From: Eledone cirrhosa
Lineage: Eukaryota
Reading direction: 5' to 3'
DNA: 64,000 nucleotides
NCBI GenBank assembly: GCA_964016885.1
Contig: OZ024744.1
Span: 125,054,001 to 125,118,000, forward strand
Numbering within the stretch: position 1 is the stretch's first letter; every line of letters starts with the position of its first letter. Below are positions 60,498 to 64,000 of the stretch, one piece after another. Both the position numbers and the translations under genes were made by a program. The notes beneath the pieces were generated by a model. That model saw nothing but the letters and a program-made list of their open reading frames with translations, had not been told where the DNA came from and searched no databases.

Positions 60498-63400
60498 TTA
60501 ATTTGGTTAATTAAGTTAACAGAAATTATGAACCGGTTTCTACAGAGCCTTCTGGACATTTAACCCTTTAGCATTTAAACCAGCCATACCTAGCCAGAAT
60601 ACTCTCACATCTTTCTGTTCAAACCAGCCATAACTGGCCACTCATACTGACGTTAAGGTATTGTTCTCAATATAAATAATATCAAAATCTCATAGATTCG
60701 ATATTATATGAGATAATTATGTAAGATAAAGCCTTTACCACAAAAATACAATAGTATATATAGAGTAATAAAAATGCTAAAGGGTAAAAGTAGCTTATTA
60801 TTTTGTGAGCTCTTGCTACTTATTGCTCTTGTGCATCAAGAACATACACAGCTTACATTTTGTTGCTAATCTCACTGAGATCCAACTACATCTCTTGTTT
60901 ATCCATAGTTTGGAATTTCTACCTACTCCTTTCCTTTAGAATGATCAAGGCCATTTTCTTGTGGGGATCTAGGCCCTGTTTTCCTTTCTATTTTGCCAAG
61001 TTATCTTACATCACTTTCATTCTAGACCATGCTTCCAGGTTTGGAATTTCTCCTCTAATTTTACCACAGATTAAGTGACAAGGGTTCAATCATGTGCATA
61101 CAGGAGTTCCCATGGACAGCCAGTAATATGTAATAGCCTGCAGGATGATAATAAACAGAAGAGGGTTAATTACAGAGCCCTGATAGAGGGTTAATAACAG
61201 AGCCCTGATAGACTTGTTCACTCAACTCCTCACTATAGCCATCATTACTTTTAACCTTACTGACTGCTCCTCCATACATGGCTTTTACTGCTCTCACAAG
61301 CCACTCATATACCCCTAGTTTTCTAAGTTATACACCAGATTAGGGAAGGGGGAAGTCTCACAGAAGCTCTCTCTGGGTCAACAAATGCCAAGTAGAGGGG
61401 CTTATTTTAGCTAGGTACTACTCTTGCAGTTGCCACACAAGGAAGAGGACATCAGTGGTACTTTTACCTGGCACAAATCCAAACTTCATCTCATCTAGGT
61501 TAACTTGGTCCCTAATCAGCTGTGTTATAAATCTAACACCTTCATGAAGTGGTCCATCTAATATCTCTATAGTTTTCTAGCTCTAGTACATCTCCTTTGC
61601 CCTTGTAGCAGTTGATGATGATGATACTACACCATTTATTTGGTATGACACCATTTTGTATTACATGCTGTACGATACCAGTGGTTAAGATGTGACCCAC
61701 CATCCCAGATACTTTCAGTATCTCAGCAACTATCACCAATGGACAAGATACTTTCTCTGTCTTCATATCCTTAATTACCTTACTTCATATCCTTAATTAC
61801 CTTACTGCTTACTTGTATGGCTGGACCCTCTGTTGGGCCCACTTTCCGTAGACTATCTTCCTCCCATGCATTCTCCTCATTCAGTAATCTTTCATAAAGG
61901 CATTTCCATGTTACAAAGGTTGGCTGAAAAGTTCATAGACTATCAATGATAGCATGATGCTAGAGCTGTGAAATCTTGCCTGCATTAATTTCAACTCTTC
62001 TTATTAATAACTGCATTGTTTCCTTCCAGGGACTATGTTGAAAAATAAACCTCATTTGGTCATTCCATGAGTGTATCTTGGTCTGCCTATGAACTTTTCA
62101 GCTGACCCTATTCAGCATCAGTGAGCCCAAATGCCCCATTATCATCCTGGACACACTTTACCCCAACATCACAATTTGCCCTCACACACTGCCTCACAAT
62201 CCTGAACATCTCATGTATTTCATCCTCACATCATAAAACCAACTGAAATTATATATTCTCTGCTTCCCTCCTTGCAAAGAATACTTCTTGCCTAGCTTCC
62301 TGTAGTGTACCCTCCAGCTGCCTCCATTCTGCCATTATTCCATGCCTGTCTCTTGGCCTTAACTGTCTCATCTACCCTAGTGTTTCACCACCAAGATACT
62401 CTCCTCTCTGAAGCCCTGCTCCAGCCACAGATCTAGTTTGACACCTTCAGCAAAGGTTCTTTAAGGAACTCCCACTGTTCCCCTATATTGTATGTTTCTA
62501 TTTGTTCTTCCTTACTGTTGTAAAGATCAAACAAAATATCTCTAAATTTGGAACTGGCTGAGGGGTCCTTTAACTTCCATATCCTTCTCCTCCAAGTTGC
62601 CCTCAGTCTTCAAGTTCATCTAAGTCTATGAAATCACTAACTACTGGGTTATGTTGGGAGGTGCATTCTTCCCCAGGGGGTGGGGATTGTGTGTTTACAA
62701 ATGTCAATATCTCATCTTCTGGTGAGGATAAAAATCTGACTGGCATGCTCCTCTGACCAATAGGTGTTGAAGTGGTTGTCGGGTAAACGTTAAGACCCTC
62801 TGATATACATATATATATATATACTAGCAGTGGTACCCGGCGTTGCACGGGATAACGTATTTCGGAACGCGGGCCGCCATCTTCCACTTCAGCCGGTCGC
62901 CCTAAAGTGTTGGCTATTCAGTCTACTTGAGGCCAGTTGGTGAGGGGGGGTAAAGCTTTCAGTGTGCTACTACCCTCACGGTCAAATAGAAAGGGAGAGG
63001 AAGAAAAGTCAGCGTTAATATCGTGCTACACGTTTGAAAGGTTGGATGACCTTAGAGTTCACCAGGGTGGGGGGTTCTAAAAGTATCTATCTTGGTATTT
63101 TATCTTAGAAGTAATCATTACAGAGTGTACTGGGTGTATTTTAGTGGGCAGTAATTCCATAAAGAACACAGTATAATCTGTGGACACAAGCCTTGCAGTG
63201 TGATTACAGGCAGGTTAATGGGAAAGATAGATTATATATGTGACATGATGTACATGAGAAGTGAGGACACAGACCACACATGAAATAGATTCCTACAACT
63301 GTCAGGGAGGCTCCCTAGAATTACAGATGACATATTTCAATATCTCGGTGATCAAGTTAGCAGTGGAGGAAGAATCTCTAAAAGTGTAATACCCAGGATA

Positions 63401-64000
63401 AGGACAGGCTGGAAGAAGTTTAGAGTACTGTTCCATCTGTTGACAACAAAGGGCTTCTCTCTCAGAATGGAGGCTAGACTGCTTGATACTTATGTGTGGT
63501 CTGCAATCTACACCCCAGCCATGCCCCTTCCACTACCACTCCTTAGCTATTTCTCTCCATTAATACTCCTCACATTTCAAGCAGTTTTCTCATCTCAATG
63601 AAAGAAAAATATTGGGCTCAAGAGAAGTCTTCAGTTATGCCATGGTGTGGCAACCTCCCTAGGGTTGGGCAGAGTGTAAATGAGAGTGAAATTAGGTATG
63701 AGAGGGATCATATGCAGTATACAAGAGAGTAGATTACATTGGTATGGTCATGTGATGGGTATAAAGGATGACAGCTGTATAAAAATGTGCTGGGCAATCA
63801 AAGTTGATGGAAGTTATGAAGGCGGAAGACCCAGGATGACCTGGGATGAGGTGATAAAAGATGACTTTGCACAATTGCAACTCTCAAAGACAATGACACA
63901 GGATAGAGATCTTGAGATGTATGCAGCAATACAGAAGGCCTGCTTTCCAATGTGCACGGACTCAAACATACATCTAGTAGGCCCCTCCTAACCACTATAC
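60498..64000 (+). repeat. Third partial copy: tandem duplication of 56847-60240, also matching 25396-27727
   Basis: ttaatttggttaattaag at 56847 and 60498. ORFs 57209/60860 (offset 3651) and 58930/62603 (offset 3673) are near-identical. Confidence 0.95.

Overview
AT-rich eukaryotic (animal) repetitive DNA with no credible host protein-coding gene. The SINE family and the divergent 18S 5' end suggest a mollusc, probably an octopus (inference). The window holds two near-identical copies of a large cassette: 1-~27727 and 35604-~59156. A third partial copy at 60498-64000 repeats 56847-60240. Each cassette carries the following in order: minisatellites; decayed LINEs; a (CCCTAA)n tract; 169-172 bp GC-rich spacer-like repeats; an 18S rRNA 5' end; a 7-10 kb satellite whose monomer is a patchwork of short, out-of-order 18S and 28S rRNA core motifs; a degenerate 28S 3' end; a G-rich (TTAAGTTAAGTTGGGG)n tract; and a 5.4 kb array of long palindromes ending in a Helitron-like 3' terminus. 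The most unusual object is this collapsed 'mini-rDNA' with its scrambled-rRNA satellite. Other highlights are a young L1/Tx1-like insertion in a (TATC)n tract that is present in only one copy, and an R4/Dong-like insertion in (TAA)n with a twin-priming-type inversion. Nearly all ORFs in the supplied track are repeat-derived artefacts. rRNA and TE assignments come from recalled motifs, not database searches, and boundaries are approximate.
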